Positions 1-16,949 are shown, numbered from the stretch's first letter. The stretch is 64,000 nt of DNA from Balanoglossus misakiensis (GCA_040954595.2 CM082592.2:7799677-7863676); one strand, 5' to 3'. The notes: generated by a model from the letters alone, not told the origin. Numbers and translations: made by a program.

Positions 1-96
1 ATTGATCTTTCTTTGATACAAGAAAATCTTTGTCCTGAATTAAAATTGTTACTGTATAATGATTACCGTGGAATGAATTTCTTGACCGTTTACTGA

Positions 97-261
<165 letters not shown>

Positions 262-3200
262 TAGAGTCGCGTAGTGTTTCCCAGTAACCCCGCATGCGAT
301 TGCAATTTACAGCTGCGAAAGGAGCAATCTCCAGAAGCCGTCGTCAAAAATAAAGCTGCCCAAACGAGGTCTGAAGTGAGAGCTGTCGTGAATGCAGAGG
401 TCAAAGGGCATCCCGGTTTACGCAAATGCAAATGCGTTTATATACACGACCCCCGCCCACCATTCTCTCCTATGGGTTCAAAAGATCAAACCCAGTGAAG
501 AAATATTTATATGAAAATGCTGGTTAGGTTGGAATATGGAGATTAAATATTCACACAAGCCCATTTTCGCATCACTGTAAATGATTATCTCGACATGTAG
601 CTTTTTTGCATGTTATATGTAAGTGTACATGCATTTATGGCAGGGACCCAGGTTGAATATCACATTAACGTAAACAGTTGCATTTTAGTCAGATGTTTTC
701 AAGTGTATGTAACACCTGTCCGCCCTTTTATGCTGGCTTACAATTGTATTTGTATTTCTGAATAAGGTTCCATTTCTTCCAAGGTCTGAATGAACTTGAC
801 GAAACCATTGACACTCACCAAATTATTCATTATACTTGTACATGTGCTCATTATTATAAATTACTGCCCACATGTGACTTCCTGTTTCCAATTAACATTT
901 GAACATTTGGCATATCATTAGCATAATAAGGACTAAATTAATTAATTAATTCCTGTAATTAATTACTAATGTCTAAGAATGGTCATTGTGGAGATTTTGA
1001 GTATAGTCACTCATGCAATCTCGCAGAATGGTATACTTGGAATTTATTGAGTTTTACTGGCGGTTTGCCCAGTGCTAATCTTGTTTGTGGTTGCCATGGC
1101 CGACTTCAGATATCACCTAACCTTTCTGTTTTACAGTTCTTGAACAATTCCAATGATGCAACCATTGAGTCTGTTCAGTAGTGGGGGAGAAACAGATACC
1201 AGATTTTGCTTTAAGGTTTCCAGAGACTAACTCTATTGTCCAATTAGGGGGTCATTGTTCCTACTTCCAGTGGAGTTTGAAAAGCTCTGTGGCGATGGGG
1301 TATGATAACTGGTTGTTATACGTGTCCTGGTTTGTGGTTTATTAAAAGACTGTACTGTTGCTGGTGTGTAAAAAAACACAACTAAGAAGATCGGATTTTG
1401 ATCAAGTAACATGTTTTATTTGCAAATGTGTATTAATAACCGTGGTCTGCCAGTCATGTGGTAACACGTTGTGCGTGTTACAAGAACGTGCCAAACATGT
1501 TGCACATAACATCCTGGCTGGCTTAAACATTACCAGACTGTCAATCATTGGAAAACTGCTCCCAGTTTTCCTGTACATGTATCGCAACAGGATAATTGAC
1601 CATCTTTACGGCCCTGATGTGGGTTTTCTGGATTCAAACAAGGCGTATTAGGGCCTGACCTTTTGGAGAGCCCGTGTGTCATATGACCGACCGAGATCTG
1701 CAAAAAACTGGTATCCAAGCTGTAAAGGTTCGATTATTATCTCACGAACACTAAAATGTTGTAAAATAACAGCTTACAAAGTTTTGCAGATAACAGTGCA
1801 TGTAACACTGAAAATTTATTGCCCTCTGGTTTGCCAAGTCAGAAAATCAAAGGCCGCAACCAATTGTGGGTTGCTAAGTATAATATTTGTTTGTTAGAGA
1901 AGATTAGCATTGCTAATAAATAAATGACAAATATAGATACAGATTGATTAGACAGTAAATCTCACCATTGTAGCAAATTTGACAGTTGTAGAAATAGGCC
2001 CTATGGTCGCCGGCAGCAATTCGGTGATGAAATATCATCATGTATTTGAGGTACATATTTATTTCCTCATATTCACCCCGCACTGGCTTCTGTATGTAAA
2101 TGGGTCTATTACAGAATATAAACTGCTGACTTATGAAATATTCTGTGGAAAATGGAATCACACATATTTGTTTACAAGTGAAATATGGTTTGAGGATAGC
2201 AACGGTTACAACTGCGATGTTTGTGTGTAGCAACACGCCTAGTAGTAGTAACCGTAACTGAGATCATTCAGAAACGCATAAAGATGCTCATCTCTGAGCA
2301 AAGTGTGTCGGGGAATGATGAAGGTCATCAAAATTACAGACATTGCCGAGACCTTGGCAATACTTGAGAAGTTGTGTCTCACCATGTCTTCATATGAACC
2401 AGCTGTATTATAAACCAATGCCCAGCCCAACAATGCTTTGTGTGCATCAGCCCCGTGCTCATGTTCAAACTTCACAAATCCTTCAATGGCATATCCGTTT
2501 ACATCACATGCCCAGGGAACTTGTCTCTTCAAATTTCAGCGAGGATCTTGAATGTTTACTTGACAGAATACCCAGGCAATGCTTAGATCCATTTAATTTC
2601 GCTTATACTGGGGGAGTAGATTATTTACCGTCTTCGTTTTACATATGCTAGTGTCTTCTTTCCTCAAGAAGCTTGGTTTGATGAAACTCGGATCAAAATG
2701 AGGGCCACTTGAGCTTCTGTTAGCATATTATCAACGCACTTTCATCTAGCCTGCTGGTTGTTCAGTTTAGATTAGTAAAACCTATACAGGGACAATTTGA
2801 TTAACAGACAGATATTCCCCCAAAATACTTGAAATGCTAGGTTTGCAGGATGACAATTCGGGAGAGACTGAGGTCACAGAGTTGAATGACCTCAGGAAGC
2901 AGAGGGCAAATCGGTCACCCTGGGATCAGCTCTCTCGCTGGAGCTTGCGGCAAAAAATGTCGATAATGCTAAGTATTTCTGACTACTGTCTGTAATATTA
3001 GACCCGAATGCACATAGGGGTAAGCAGTCATCTGTTAAGAGCGGTTGCATTTGTGGGGATGGGTACAAAAAGTTTGGCAAAGACATTGTATTCGAAGTAC
3101 AGGCTGTTTTGCGATCTATTTTAGGTGTTCACTGTAACATGGTGGTAATTCCGAGTGCGTGCCAGAGAAACCCATTTGAAACAAATATGTCCTGCTACTA

Positions 3201-6200
3201 AAGTTACACAGGGCATTTGCACAAATAAGGTCTGCAGAAACCATCAGGCATGTCTCCAAGAAAGCCGGTCTTCGATTGGCAGAGAGAGCTTCCAGACTGA
3301 AGCAAGAGCCAGTCAGCATCTTCGGCACAGAAGGGGCTTGAAACGCGGGGGCATGCCAGCGATGTGGCCGGCATTCCTGAAATGATTACACAGGACAGGC
3401 TTTGTGTGGCAGCCTTTATCATCATTCAATGCCAGTAGATATAATACTGGGTAACATACGTGGTGGAAATAAATGCCAAGTTGTGTTTTTTTGAGAAGTG
3501 TCTATCTCATCGTCCTCAGATGCGATGAAAGTTGCCACGATAAGTCAAGTATGCCTGTGTAGATGTGGGCTCATCTTCGCAAGAAGGGGGCAGCCACTTG
3601 ACAGGTTTTCACCCACTTAAACACTAATTCCAGAAGTAATCAAAAAGGGGAGGCCAAAGGCAAGGAGTTCTCCGGGAAATCCAAGCTGACCCAGGTCCCA
3701 CGTCCCCACTTTTTCACACATTCCATCTCTTAACAGCAATTTAATTAAGTCGCTTCACAGCTCAATTTAATGTAATCTCATTTTGTGCTGTAAATTGTGA
3801 TGTTCATGGTGTTGCAACTGTTAATTACTCCGGGTGACCTCTGACCCAAGCATCTCTGTGGTAATATTTTAGGTGATGGCACCCTTTGTATGGCCTATGG
3901 GCCTGAGAAATCATGGCTATTTTATTTACTGCCTCAGTGTAACCATGTGTGAACTCAGATATTTATCACACGGTATCGCCTACATCTTGTCCATTAACAA
4001 AAAGGAAGGTTTTGAATTTGCTAGAACCACAAGAGATTACTTGTCACTGAAACAGATGCAGAAAGTGTAATCCAATCCATATTTCATATCATGCTGTCAT
4101 ATTTGCATCTTACAACATGCCCAGGTAATCACAGATATTCTTTTCACGTTTCGACTGTCAGAGTTTATCTGATCCTCAACACAGGTAATCTGTACATTAT
4201 ACAGTACACTACCAGCAGACAATTTTGGCTTAAGTAAATACATCAGTTTGCATTACAATCTGTGGCAGTATTTGAGACAATGAGAGGAACTGTGAAATTA
4301 AAATTTGAAAGAATATATATTTCATTTTGATCAGTTTCAGTATTTCATTCAGACACTTCTCCAATAGTTGACGAGGGAGGGTGCAGATTGGTGTTGAATA
4401 ATTGTCAGATTTCCACAGCTAGGTCAACTTTGATCATATATGGTATTGTACCTTGTCACAAACCCACACAGGTTTTTTGGCTACACTAGCCTAGGAAAGC
4501 TAGTTACCGAGTGGAGCGTTGAATTCGCAAAAAGCGCAAACTCTCCAAGAGGTAGAATGTCGCCGGCCAAGAGAAGAGGCAGTTTGCAATAGAAGAGTGG
4601 TTAATATTCGAGTATCACTCACAGCTCGCGATACTCTTGTGTCCTCAGATGCAAATTGGAAGAAAGCTGTTGAATTATCGGCAGCACTTTCCCCGAAGAT
4701 TACACATTCAGCAACGGCCGCCCCACAAGTTCTCCTGATAACCCTCTAATCTGTAGTTTCCCCGGCTAACATTAGCTTTAATTTCAGTAACATCTCTCCT
4801 GTGATTTCTCTCTTTAGTACTTTGACCCGACCAGCTGTGTGAGCAGAGGAGAAAACTCGCTCTCCCAGCGGTCTGTACTCAATATGTGATGTGAAGTGCT
4901 GAGTTGTAGATTCTGTGTAGTCTCTTCCACTCAGAATATTAAACTCTGTTTGAAATGTGCGTGTCAGTACTGTAAACCATGAAATATTGGTACCAGCTAT
5001 TTTAATTTCATCTGTGACCTTGGGAAGTTAACCAACAGGTCTCCAAAACAACGTGCAGGATGGTTAATACCATTGACAAATTTTATCATGTGATTTCTAG
5101 GAAAAATTTATGCAAGATAAACACTAGGGCACTCAGCACATAGTATCTCAGCGACAGGTATTAAATTATGGGGGCCCCCCTTTCACCACTGGAGGCTCAG
5201 TCTCATTTGGCAATATCAAGGCGAAGGTCTTGGGAGATTTAATAAACACCTTGCTGTCAATTCTCTGTGTTAATCCTTTTATGACGCAGTCCAAGGGAAG
5301 ACAACCACAAAGGGGGTGCTATTAGCTTCAAATTGCATGTCATGTCATGACTGTGTGTGTATGCAGAGTTGTGATGTTTATTCATCATCTTCCCTACGAA
5401 TGGCAAATGTTTGTAGTGATAGGTTGAGTTGGCAAGGAAATTCTTGACTGCCCATCGCTCCATGCACTGGGGGAGTGACGTGTGCGAACACGTAGGCAGC
5501 ACCACAGCGTAGCTTGAAAACATTTTGATGAAGCAAGCAACCATAAATGGTGTAGGCTGTAATAATACTGTGAGAATGAGAGGCCATTACTATTGGGTAT
5601 GCCTGCAGATGAGAGATTGAACGTTTTCAGCATCCAGTACCTTGGGTTAGCTGAACCTGTCGATCAGCATTTTCACCACGGGTGGTATTTCAATTTCGTA
5701 CTGTTTTGCTGATGGCTTCTGTCAACATCAAAGATGTACTTGTAGGAATATTACAAAAAATTACCATAATACTATTATTGTAATTGAGCTAAGTGGTAAT
5801 AATGACAGAGAGGGTGAGAACCTCATCTTTGAAATTGAATGGGAGAATAATTTACTGGGACCTGGCTGGTGTAATCATCCAGATTATATGTTAGTAATTG
5901 TCATTGAAATTGCATGTGGTGAATCTTGAGATGATCCCTGTATGAGCAATTAAAATGTGGGATTTGCTGATTGAAAAAGACACAAATTTGTCATAGATGT
6001 TAGATTTTGCCCTACCATGTGGCAGCAGTGTGTTTTCGTGTCTTGGCTTTCCCGTGTTTTCTAGAAGAAATGTAGAAAGAAGACGACTATAAAATAGGAA
6101 GAGAAGACCTTGGGGAATGGACAATAAGATAAACACTTGTCTTGGATTGTCGATCAAGCGAAATTTAGTCGTTGAAAGAACGAGGAAGTTGAAATATATT

Positions 6201-7644
6201 TGCGGTGGCGAGATACAGTGGGTCCAATCTGATGTAGTGACAGTTGCAATTGATTTAATCACCGAGTGGGTTTAAGGGCTTTGACAGATTCATTAATACT
6301 AAGATGGTGCTGGGGTCGCAGAGGTTAGGCGTTCCCTGTTCTACACCATTAATCAGATCACGGCCAGTTTCCCGGTCTTGCCGCCATGTTAAGCTGGATG
6401 TTCCTGCGTTGAAAGCTAACTGTCTAGTTTGAATCTGGGGGGAATTCATTTTTACGACAAATTGTCCGCGGATTTGCCGTTTGGCTGAGAAAGAATCTTG
6501 AGGATATTGATATAGTAAATTATCTTCGTGCTTGTCAACGCATCATGGCGTACCAAATAGGACCCTCTCCCCTTCATAAGCAGAATATCTTTCAAAGGGT
6601 CATAGTAGAAAATGAAAGGTACAGCTTAGCTATTTTGACATTTTGACAGCTTAGCTATAGTGACCTTGATAAATATGTACCCCTGAATTGAATAAATTGG
6701 CTGCCATTAATGTATTTCATCCGCACCATCTACAAGAAGTCAACAGAGTCACCAGCAATAGGTTCATTGTTATTTACACCATCTACTCAACATCTGGTGT
6801 TGTCATTTCAATGAACAGCCTGTCCCTTCTCTTTCCAAAGCCATTTCCTGAATTGTGGACGATTTTATTAAGCAAATGTACTTCTGTTTTCTTTGCATGA
6901 TCGATTTTTTCTGACTCGGCAGTGATATTACCTCCGACCAGTGCATTACCAACTCACTTAGCAGTGCTCCATAAATTTGCCTGCTATCAGAGTAATTCTC
7001 ACTTAAAGTGGGCAATCTGTATCAGTGTGGACAGATTTCTTTACCCAATCCACTCTTTTACCAAAGGGGTTTGTGTATGTCTTCCCGTCTGATGTACTTG
7101 TTTCTAGCCTGTTGATGTGTTGATGATATGATGGGAACTGTAGTATCAGGGTCCGTTTTTGTTGCAAGAAGCCCGTAATGTGAAACAAGCCATGTATGGT
7201 ATGTGTTGTCATAGTAGAACCAAACCAATTATATTTGGGCTAATATTAGAACTAGTGAGGAAGTTAATCCAAAGTTGCCATGGCAACTTAATGACTGTCA
7301 TCCATCCCAGTAGTCAAGTCATTCACTGTATCAACAAGGAAAAAATTCTTGGTATTGTGGAGTTGGCATGCACATCTTTGATGTCCAATGTATGGCTTCG
7401 GTAACACAGAGATTTGACACAATCAATTCAGAAATTAAGGTTACTGTCCTGCGTCAAATCTACCACATTCCCTGCTGTTCGTTCTTGAGTCAGAAATGCC
7501 AGAGTTTAACTGTAGACAGTGTAGTGTCAAAGTTTGCATGTGTGATATCAATTGATTTGGCCATTAAAGGATATAGCCCTTTAAGTCCCAGACCATATGT
7601 TGATGCCATCATATGCACATTTTGAAGTTCATACTTTATTTATT

Positions 7645-7731
7645 TTCTCCAATGATGGCAGTCACATGGTGATTGTAGGAGTTTCTTTCCTCCAATGATG
7701 TCATAGTGTGGTTTCTTTCCTCCAATGATGT
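7645..7731 (+). repeat. short ~30-bp tandem duplication
   Basis: gtttctttcctccaatgatgt at 7681 and 7711 plus a degenerate copy near 7645. Confidence 0.7.
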
Positions 7732-9964
7732 ACATGTATTCACAGGTATAATTGTTTAATGTCCAACCATGAGTCAGTGTATTTTCAAATCAGAACATCG
7801 GAATAGTACAGTGTACGACCAGCTATTAATTATGAAAAAATACATAAAAACCCACTCAAGTAATGTACTGCATACACAGCAGAATGCAATTATCTTTTGA
7901 TATTCCAGGCCCCCCATCAACATAATAATCGTTATTGACGAGATCCACTAGGATTTCTGTAGTGTTTTATTTCACAGACTGAGTATCTCCTATTTTAGCA
8001 GCAATTGACGAGCTTCGAGTTTCACAAGATGCCAGATTAATCATCTCTGCCGGGGCTGGCAGTAGATAAAGATGAGCTATGTATTTGTTTTTCAGTCCCT
8101 AATTGCTTCCACCAGGTAAAAAGCAAATGACTGAAGTTGGGATGTATAGTCTGTGTAGGGACAAGATCCACTGAGAGTGAAATACTTAATCGAAAAGAAA
8201 TATCATAGTGACAGCCGGCACAGCCCGGTGTGTTTTCTGAATTGAATTCTACTGATTTCCCCAGTTGTATGGAGCCAGGTCTCTCTCATCTTTGTATTAA
8301 CTGGCACGTACGTTGTAGTCAACAAACAAGTGAAGAAAAGAAATCGCATCTCAGCGAAGACCTGCATGATGGCATGTAGAACTGTGCTAGTAATCATATA
8401 TTTACTTTTGATTCCAAATCCTGGTCTCTGTTGTATTCATTGTTTGAAAAAATTATAACACTGAATAGAGTATGATTTATTGTCAATCAGAAATGGAATA
8501 TATACATAAAATTCGACTTTGATTATTAAAAGCAAACATGATTTTTAAAGATTTTTTTCGTTAAAAAAGAAGTAGGCCACAATCAGTGCCGCCTCAGGTT
8601 GATTTCAGATGATTAAAGTGTGTTTGATTTTTTATGAGGTAGAAAAAACTGCCGGTTGTACAAGTAAGCAAGGATCGTAAATTACAAAATAGTCTTGGAT
8701 ACTAACGGCTCCTGCCACGGATATTGCTATAAAATGTGTCATAGTACTAGTAGATTCTAGTACTACACAACACCGACTGATTTCGTCGTGGTATTTTCCA
8801 TGTTCCTCGTCACCACTGCAGATTTGTGTGGCTAGGCAAATCGCTTGCGGTGCCATTCGGTTTTTAAAGACTCCATCAGGGAAAAATAACCTTTCAGCGT
8901 AATGCTGCATTTTCACTTTGTGTGTCGTGACTGAAAGAATATTCACACGGCTCTGGCCTGAGGCTACAACTTATTATTGCGTGAAAATCTCGCAGTCTTT
9001 CTTTTTTCATGTCTGTTCCGAATAATTTGTTGTATTTAGCTACATGCCGAAGTCACTTTATGTAGGCATGCATATGAATGGAAATTTTTGATATATATTA
9101 AATTTAATCATTATTTCTACGTTCAATATTATATGCATGTTTGTACTATCTGGTTTAATTTTGTCCAACTAAAGGTAGTTAGAATTTAATAAGACCGTTT
9201 TTGCATGTTCTATCTGGGGCGTTGCTAAGCAAAGCAGCATTCTGACAAATTTGCCTTGCAATGCATTGCTTTGGATGCAGGTCAATTTTTTTCAGACAAG
9301 AAATTTTTGCCAATACTATAGAATGTGTAAATTAGGAGGGTACACACGTATTGACCTGTGTATTCAAGATGAAAATCTTCCTCTGTTTTAAGAGTACGAA
9401 ATATTGTCTTAGGATAAGGTTGGGAAGATGGCAAATGTACATTTGATGTGTTTTAAATGAGTGTCTGTATAAATACTTGCACCTTCAGTTTAAGTACCCA
9501 GATTTATTGACTTGACCTGTCCCCCTGTGTATACTACGTATTTTTTTAAATAAAAAGAGGAAAGAGTTAGGGGGATGATATTTTTAGTTGCTATGGTAAC
9601 TGGCTATATGAACAACAACTATGACATTATTGCATTCAGAGCTTCACGCTGTAGCTACCACCATAGGAAAAAAAAAGATTATTTTTCTTCTAGGAACTCG
9701 ATCTTGTTTTATATACAGTCCAGATGATTGTATTTGTTGTTAGAGTAAAATTATTGTATACATAGGTGAGATTACACCTGATTATGTTGGGTCCGTATGA
9801 CGTGAAGCGGCTTTCTGAAATCGCGATCTCTATTGTGTCGTTTCACTCAAGTGTGTAATGAGCCCTACCTTTGAATGTCAGAGTTTAGACAACCCTGGTA
9901 ACTTGGTGAATGTGTGAATTAGTTCATTGTGTGCCGGCGTGGTTTGTTTTGATGTGGACGCAAT

Positions 9965-10135
9965 AAATTTTCGCGAGCCAAAAAAAACGTGAAACTAAAA
10001 TGTCGCGTAATATGTTTTTCAGAGATAAGGGTGCAGTCAGTGAAATAAGACAAAGCGAAAATTAATCCTGGCGTAACAGTTGCCTCTTTGATATCACGAA
10101 AATTTCCTGTCGCGAAAATAACCCGTTTTACAGTA
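9965..10135. mobile_element. relic (one end) of a non-autonomous DNA transposon
   Basis: locally CpG-rich with repeated cgcgaaaat/cacgaaaat motifs, ending acccgttttacag|ta; matching left TIR not found. Confidence 0.35.
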
Positions 10136-10182
10136 CAATGACAAGTCTATGCATTGCACAGCATCTGCCAACTGTGGTGTAA

Positions 10183-10443
<261 letters not shown>

Positions 10444-13400
10444 TAATCAAAGTGCTGATCAAAGAAACAGCCATTATTTGGGGGTTACACACATGTGATA
10501 CAAGACCCCATTGCTCAAATACCGCAATTTCATTCACCTGATTCGCAATGGGTGTAGAAGGGAGCGTGATGCCAGATTTCATTTTCAAAACCACTGACCT
10601 CCACCACCGATTGGAACTATCTCGATTCGCCCTGAAGTATGTTGGTTTATGTTACGTGTCAAGAGGAGCTTTTGAAGGAAATCTTGCATTGACGTCTTTC
10701 AGTAGGTACTTGATACGACAAGAATTGTGAGAAGAGTAAGTCTTTTATAAACAAGAACCAGCTATATTTAAGTGTTACACATTGCCAGACGCTGGTGTGT
10801 GAACGGGTAGGCCATAAAGCCACGATGCCCAGAGCAAGGTTGGTGAAATCTCTCACGGAGTGACTTGCATTTCACTACAAAAAAACTCCCCCAAGAGATA
10901 AGATTGATAGTAGTATGGAAGTTTTTATGCCTCTGAATCGATTGGTTCTTTGCAGCGCATTGCAGGGATGAGTTGCTCAGGCATTGGTGGCTTTCTGCAA
11001 GAAAGTCAAAAAATATAAACAAAAATGACAGGAATGTATGAGAAGTAAAGCTGGCAATGTTAGGTTCCCCCAGCTTGTGCATTCTTCGCAGTTACTTACC
11101 ACTGGACTACTTAAGTTGATGAAATTTTTGCTATGTAAGAAACTGATGGAAATCCCTAACCCTATTTAACGAAATGGATTGAGACTGTGCATTGTGATGT
11201 TTATTTTGAGTGGCTGTCTAACTTTCATATTTGTAAATGAGGGGTGAATGTATTCCTTTAATCCACCAAGACTTCAGAAGAATAGCTGAAAAAGGCGAGC
11301 TCAACATAAAAGTCCATGGAGAGATTGTCTTCTGAAATAAAACGAATCAAGACTGCACCAATGATTGACATTTCATGCTGTGAGACAAAAGCATATATTG
11401 GCAAATACTGTGCAAGTGTGTACTTTTTAGGTGAATTGGTCAAGTTGTGCTGTCAGTATAAACAACCAGAGCAGCCACTTTGCTCGCGGATTAAATTGCG
11501 GGCCCCGAGTGTCGCCAGGTAATGAATCACTAACCGCAGAATAAATTCCCGGAGATTTATGCACGCGGAATGTAATCACGGAGGTTCAATCATAACCTAG
11601 CAGGCGATCAATCAGAAGATTTGGATTATAATTCTGGTCTCAGAGTTTAATGAAAGCTTTCATCCATTACAAAATGCACTCATTACATGCGATTACTGTT
11701 TTTCAGGAGCATGAGAAAAGTGGTATCTTGCATTTCGTTAATCTCTTCGAACTTGCATCTACCTGTTACAGCGGTGTTGTGTTTCCGTGCACGTATCTTG
11801 TACGCCAGGTAGACGGCGCCGTCTTGTCATTGAAGTCCAAATGAAATGGAAGTTAATCATTGTAGTGTAGTTTGAGTCTACTGTTTTAAATTAAAGACGA
11901 TTCAAGTCTCCTGTTTGTATTCAGTACACACTCAATATTGGAGAATTTTAATCGAAAACAAGAATTTGAATGACAGCATATTCTTTTCCCAGCCAGGTGA
12001 AATTTATTATGTCCTTCGTGTTGATTTTGTTTTTTCCTCTTTTGAATTTGCTGAGGGAAGTGAATTAATGTTTCTGTTCTGCAACGGAACACATAGCATT
12101 AGCAGTCAATCCACTTTGAAAAAAGGTTGTCAATATTATGAATTTTTCAACATGGCTGCCAGTGTGTGACCCCTGACCTTATTCTCTCTGTCAGTCAAGA
12201 TGGCCGACATATTTTGTAAGCTGATTGCAGATATCTTTCTGTCAGTACAGGCTCAGCATACTAGTATTATTTTTACAGAATAACTCTCTGCAATGTAGTG
12301 GGAAAAGCAATACTAATTTTTGGAGGGGTTTGGGTCATGAAAAATTGCACATCTCAATGTAAATACAGACTACAAAAAAATGGATATTTATATAATTGTA
12401 AATAAACACTGATTGTTTCATAGAATTTAAGTATTAATACATGTGCGCCCTTTCCCATGACAGTATCAGAGGTGTTTTGTTACTCATAATTGATTAGATT
12501 GTGGGCAAAATGTGGCTTAGAGTCTGGTGGAATACTTCAGCAACGCTTAATATTGATTGATTTCTTTGACATATTTTCTTGACATATTTTTAGATGCTCC
12601 CCCCCCCACATCATTTCCTGCAACGATCTTGGTTTCCATGATGGATGGTTTCCGGAGACCACATACTGCGAGACTAGACTTGCTAAAAATTTGTGAATGC
12701 TTTGGAGATAGTAGGGCCGGGGATGTTGGATTGCACAGTTGCCTGTGAGAGATCCATTCTGATTTCGTTTAATCTGCTGTGATCTGACAGATGTTCCTGC
12801 TTCATGAGGAAATTCGTAACGAGGGCCTTCTTGACTTTGCTACCCACCTTATCTTAGGATGATATACCGCCATGGTTAGCAGGCTATGGAAGCATTCAAG
12901 ATTTTAAACAGTGCCTGTAAAATATAATAGCTGTATGATTGGTTTTCAGAGAACTTAGTACCGGTATTCCCTCATGCTGTCCACTTGCAACATTCCCACC
13001 AAGTTGAAATTGCCGATTGATCGACATGGGAGCAATTTTTTCGCCAATTTCACACCCTGGCCTCCCTCGAAAATCACCTAGGTGACTTGATTTCCTCCCG
13101 AACAAACTCCTGGTGACTTTGCCATGCTATTTATTCAGGAATACGTATAAATTCATTCATTACTATTAAAGTCGATCATTGCAGTATGAGATTCAACGTT
13201 GCTTGGCAGTATCTAACCACCTGTGAAATGAGCTAATTCCTGGCCAGTCAAGTCGACCAAATTTACTTATTTTTATAGCTGACAGAATTAAAGCTAATCT
13301 TCATCTGTTTACAATATGCCTAACTAAATGCGCGAGGAGACCTTCTTTGACATAGAAAAATCCAAGCGAGGCATTATCGTAGTAGCCCTGTAATGAGCGC

Positions 13401-14680
13401 AATATGAGAATACCTTTGCAGTGGTAAAAACGCCCCCATGAACACATCTATTGCAGATATTTCACCTTGCAAAAGTACACGAGTGTGGGTAATTTTAGGA
13501 AGACCTGAACTCTCCGGAATTAGTATGAACACGAAACCACTATTTTTCCACTTCACACAGTTTTTCTAAAGTGGCAAATTTTCACCTTCTCCGAAAAGCA
13601 GCTTTTGATGAGAGTCCCATTGTGTGGAGTGCTGAATCTGCGATGGCGATTTTTAAAAATGACTCGTGTTTATATTAATACCAGGTTGTACTAGATTTGA
13701 AAAGATACTTATTGTATGTACCAATCGGATATTACCCACTCATCATGACGCCAAGGTCGTTAAACAACTCCAAACCGGGAGAGGATTAGGAAAAATATAA
13801 TTCCCACAAAATGATGAATCCCGTTTCGCAGCGGTTAATTAAGCTAATTTTCCGCAATTTCTGATTTCACGACAGAGTCTGATGTGCACTTACATTAATA
13901 AAAAGGACACTTCTATCAACACCACCTGTCCAGGTTTGAAATGATGTATCCATGACAACGTATATTTATAATGTCTTTTTCAGTACAGCTAACCTTGACA
14001 ATACAAAACTAATAAAGTCGATGAATTTCAGATCCATTTATGTATTTGATAGGTGTATCAAAAGGATACGTTTTAGTAATTGAATCGTCAGCTGTGATGT
14101 TTATTTAACGCGTCTGACCAAGATCTCATTTGTGATTATCATTGTGGCTGTGGTGAAGATATTGTCAAAGATTGTCTTGTTATGAGATCATTATCGTCAG
14201 CCAGCTCCATCAATTTGGTTGTGGGAGTTACTGATGAGAAAATTGACATTTGCTTGGCATTTCCGCTAAAGGCCATTGAACTACAGTACACTGAAAATTT
14301 TAAGAAAATTGTAATTCTTCAATCTGAAAAGTTATTTGAGGTGATCTGTGGTACCAGGCAATTGTGAAATCAATGTACAGTGACCTTAAAAGTCATTGTT
14401 TGTCCAGCAACGCTTCAAAACAAGCTTTAATTAAACTATTGACTGAATATTTTTTTGTTAATTATAGCTAAAGGGATACCCTGTTGTAATCTCTTGCGTA
14501 TCCTGTTTTCTACATGCCTTGTCTCCATGCTCTTATTAGCCTCAGTGGCGGCATAGAGCAATTTGATTACGCTGACAGGAAGGATGGCTTCAGAAGCCTC
14601 TCGTCCCCACAGCAGGATTTCCTTGTGCGCGTGCGTAGACTCTGTTTCTGCTGTGTGCGCAGAAACTGCAAGCTTTGTGA

Positions 14681-14833
<153 letters not shown>

Positions 14834-16197
14834 TGAATACTTTTATCTGATGTGTTAAGTTTAGACTCTTCTCTACCGAGATTGATTGCTGTGGTTGTGC
14901 GGAAGAACTCAAGAAAGTGACAGAGAGATTTATAAACTGATAGATCACTGTGGGTTGGTGGACTACAGATTGAAATGGCATTCCAGTTTTCCTACAGCAG
15001 TCTAACTTACAGAACAATGTTTAACCCATCAAGTTGTCAGGTTTAGTACATTAGCTGTAATTCATGAGAAAATGTCGACAATCTTGCTCTGATCTGTGAG
15101 CAACACTGCCCTAAAACACGTGTAATAATGAACACGGTCACTCATCATGTCTGTTGGAGTAGAGTTGAATTTAAATAGCAGGCAGGCTGGGTACCCACTT
15201 TCTCAAAGACTCACAGTTCAGTTCCGTTTGGTGTAATTGCACGTGATGTATTCACTACGTAAGTTCCCTAGTGTCGCCATGGCAATGCTATCCGCCACTG
15301 TCAACGCTAATATTCAAGAGCGACTCGTGTTATCAACAAGTAGTTGAAGCGGTCTACGGGTAGCTTGTGTTTTATTTTATGACCATGTGTGTTATCTTCG
15401 GGGATTGCATACAAGGAAGTGCGTCACTCGTTCCCCATATCTGCTCTCGGATCTGTGTCTGTTCACTTTGTGGGAAATACCACACGCCAGAGCCAAGGTC
15501 ATAGAAATCTAAATCACTCCTGAGTTGATACAGGGGTCCCAACCACCACTGCAGCCAGGCTGTATTTCAGTGGCTCTTGTCACGGTACGGAAATAAACCA
15601 CATCAAATAGCGCCCCATTCTAAGCTATGCCATGTCTCTTGCCCTAATCTGCACGTGGAAAACAATGGCCAGGGTGTCGCCTTTAATTCCTTCGTCACTG
15701 GTGACCAGACTGCCCATTAGAATCTGCACAATGCCATTGCGTAGATGCTGCATTGATGGGTGCATGCAGTGTGTGTGTGTCATTCAAAGATGTAAGCGTT
15801 TCTTGTGTTTAGACAAAGAAAAATCCAGGCTGGGGGATTTATTTGAATGAAAGAAGCATTCAGACCTCATCAGATGTCTCTCATGACTCACCAGACAGGG
15901 GTGTTGAAAAACAAGTGTGAAATGTAGAATTGAGATTAGGCAGGTTCCCTTCAGCAAATAACCTTTACAAGTTGAAGCATCTTTATTTGTTATCTTCTAC
16001 ACATGTACCATTGTCAACAGTTACCTAAATTTTCTTTGAGACAGTTGTGTTCACTGGTGTGGATTTTGGTTAATCCCTGTAATAGCACATTCTAAACGAT
16101 TTTTCCCTTGTTACCCCTCCTGCAATGAAATGTACACCTGGAGCATAAACTTCTCTGTCAACAATGTCTAGTATTAAAAAAAATAACCATGATATAA

Positions 16198-16527
<330 letters not shown>

Positions 16528-16949
16528 TGATTATTTTTTCTGGGAGGTGAATAATTTCTTCTTCTGCTGCAAGTATCTCTCTGGCAGTCATGGTTCAGCG
16601 ATTGCCGTCTAAATCATGGCAGAGCTGTTGAAGTTTCAGATTTGTGTAGCAGCACCACGGGGGACAATACATTGTATACACCTATCAGTTGCTTCAATGG
16701 CCCACGGCTGTACATCTCCCAGTTTAGATTGTGATCAAAACTCGTTTCAAGGGAGTAGTTGCTCCCCCCTCTCCTTCATTAAAACCGAGGCCCTAACATT
16801 AGCATTGAATCCTATAGACATTTCCAGGCAAAGCTTTCTCTCCTGTTCACCAGTTGAAACACCTATCAGAACAGCAACAAAGAATGGCTATTGTACGCTA
16901 TGTGTCCTGTACATCAAAATAATTACGGATAATGTATTTTCTATTCCAG

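Noticed and set aside
7564-7584. TTAAAGG-atatagc-CCTTTAA mini-palindrome as a deleted TTAA transposon
   Set aside because: 7-bp arms can occur by chance in AT-rich DNA.
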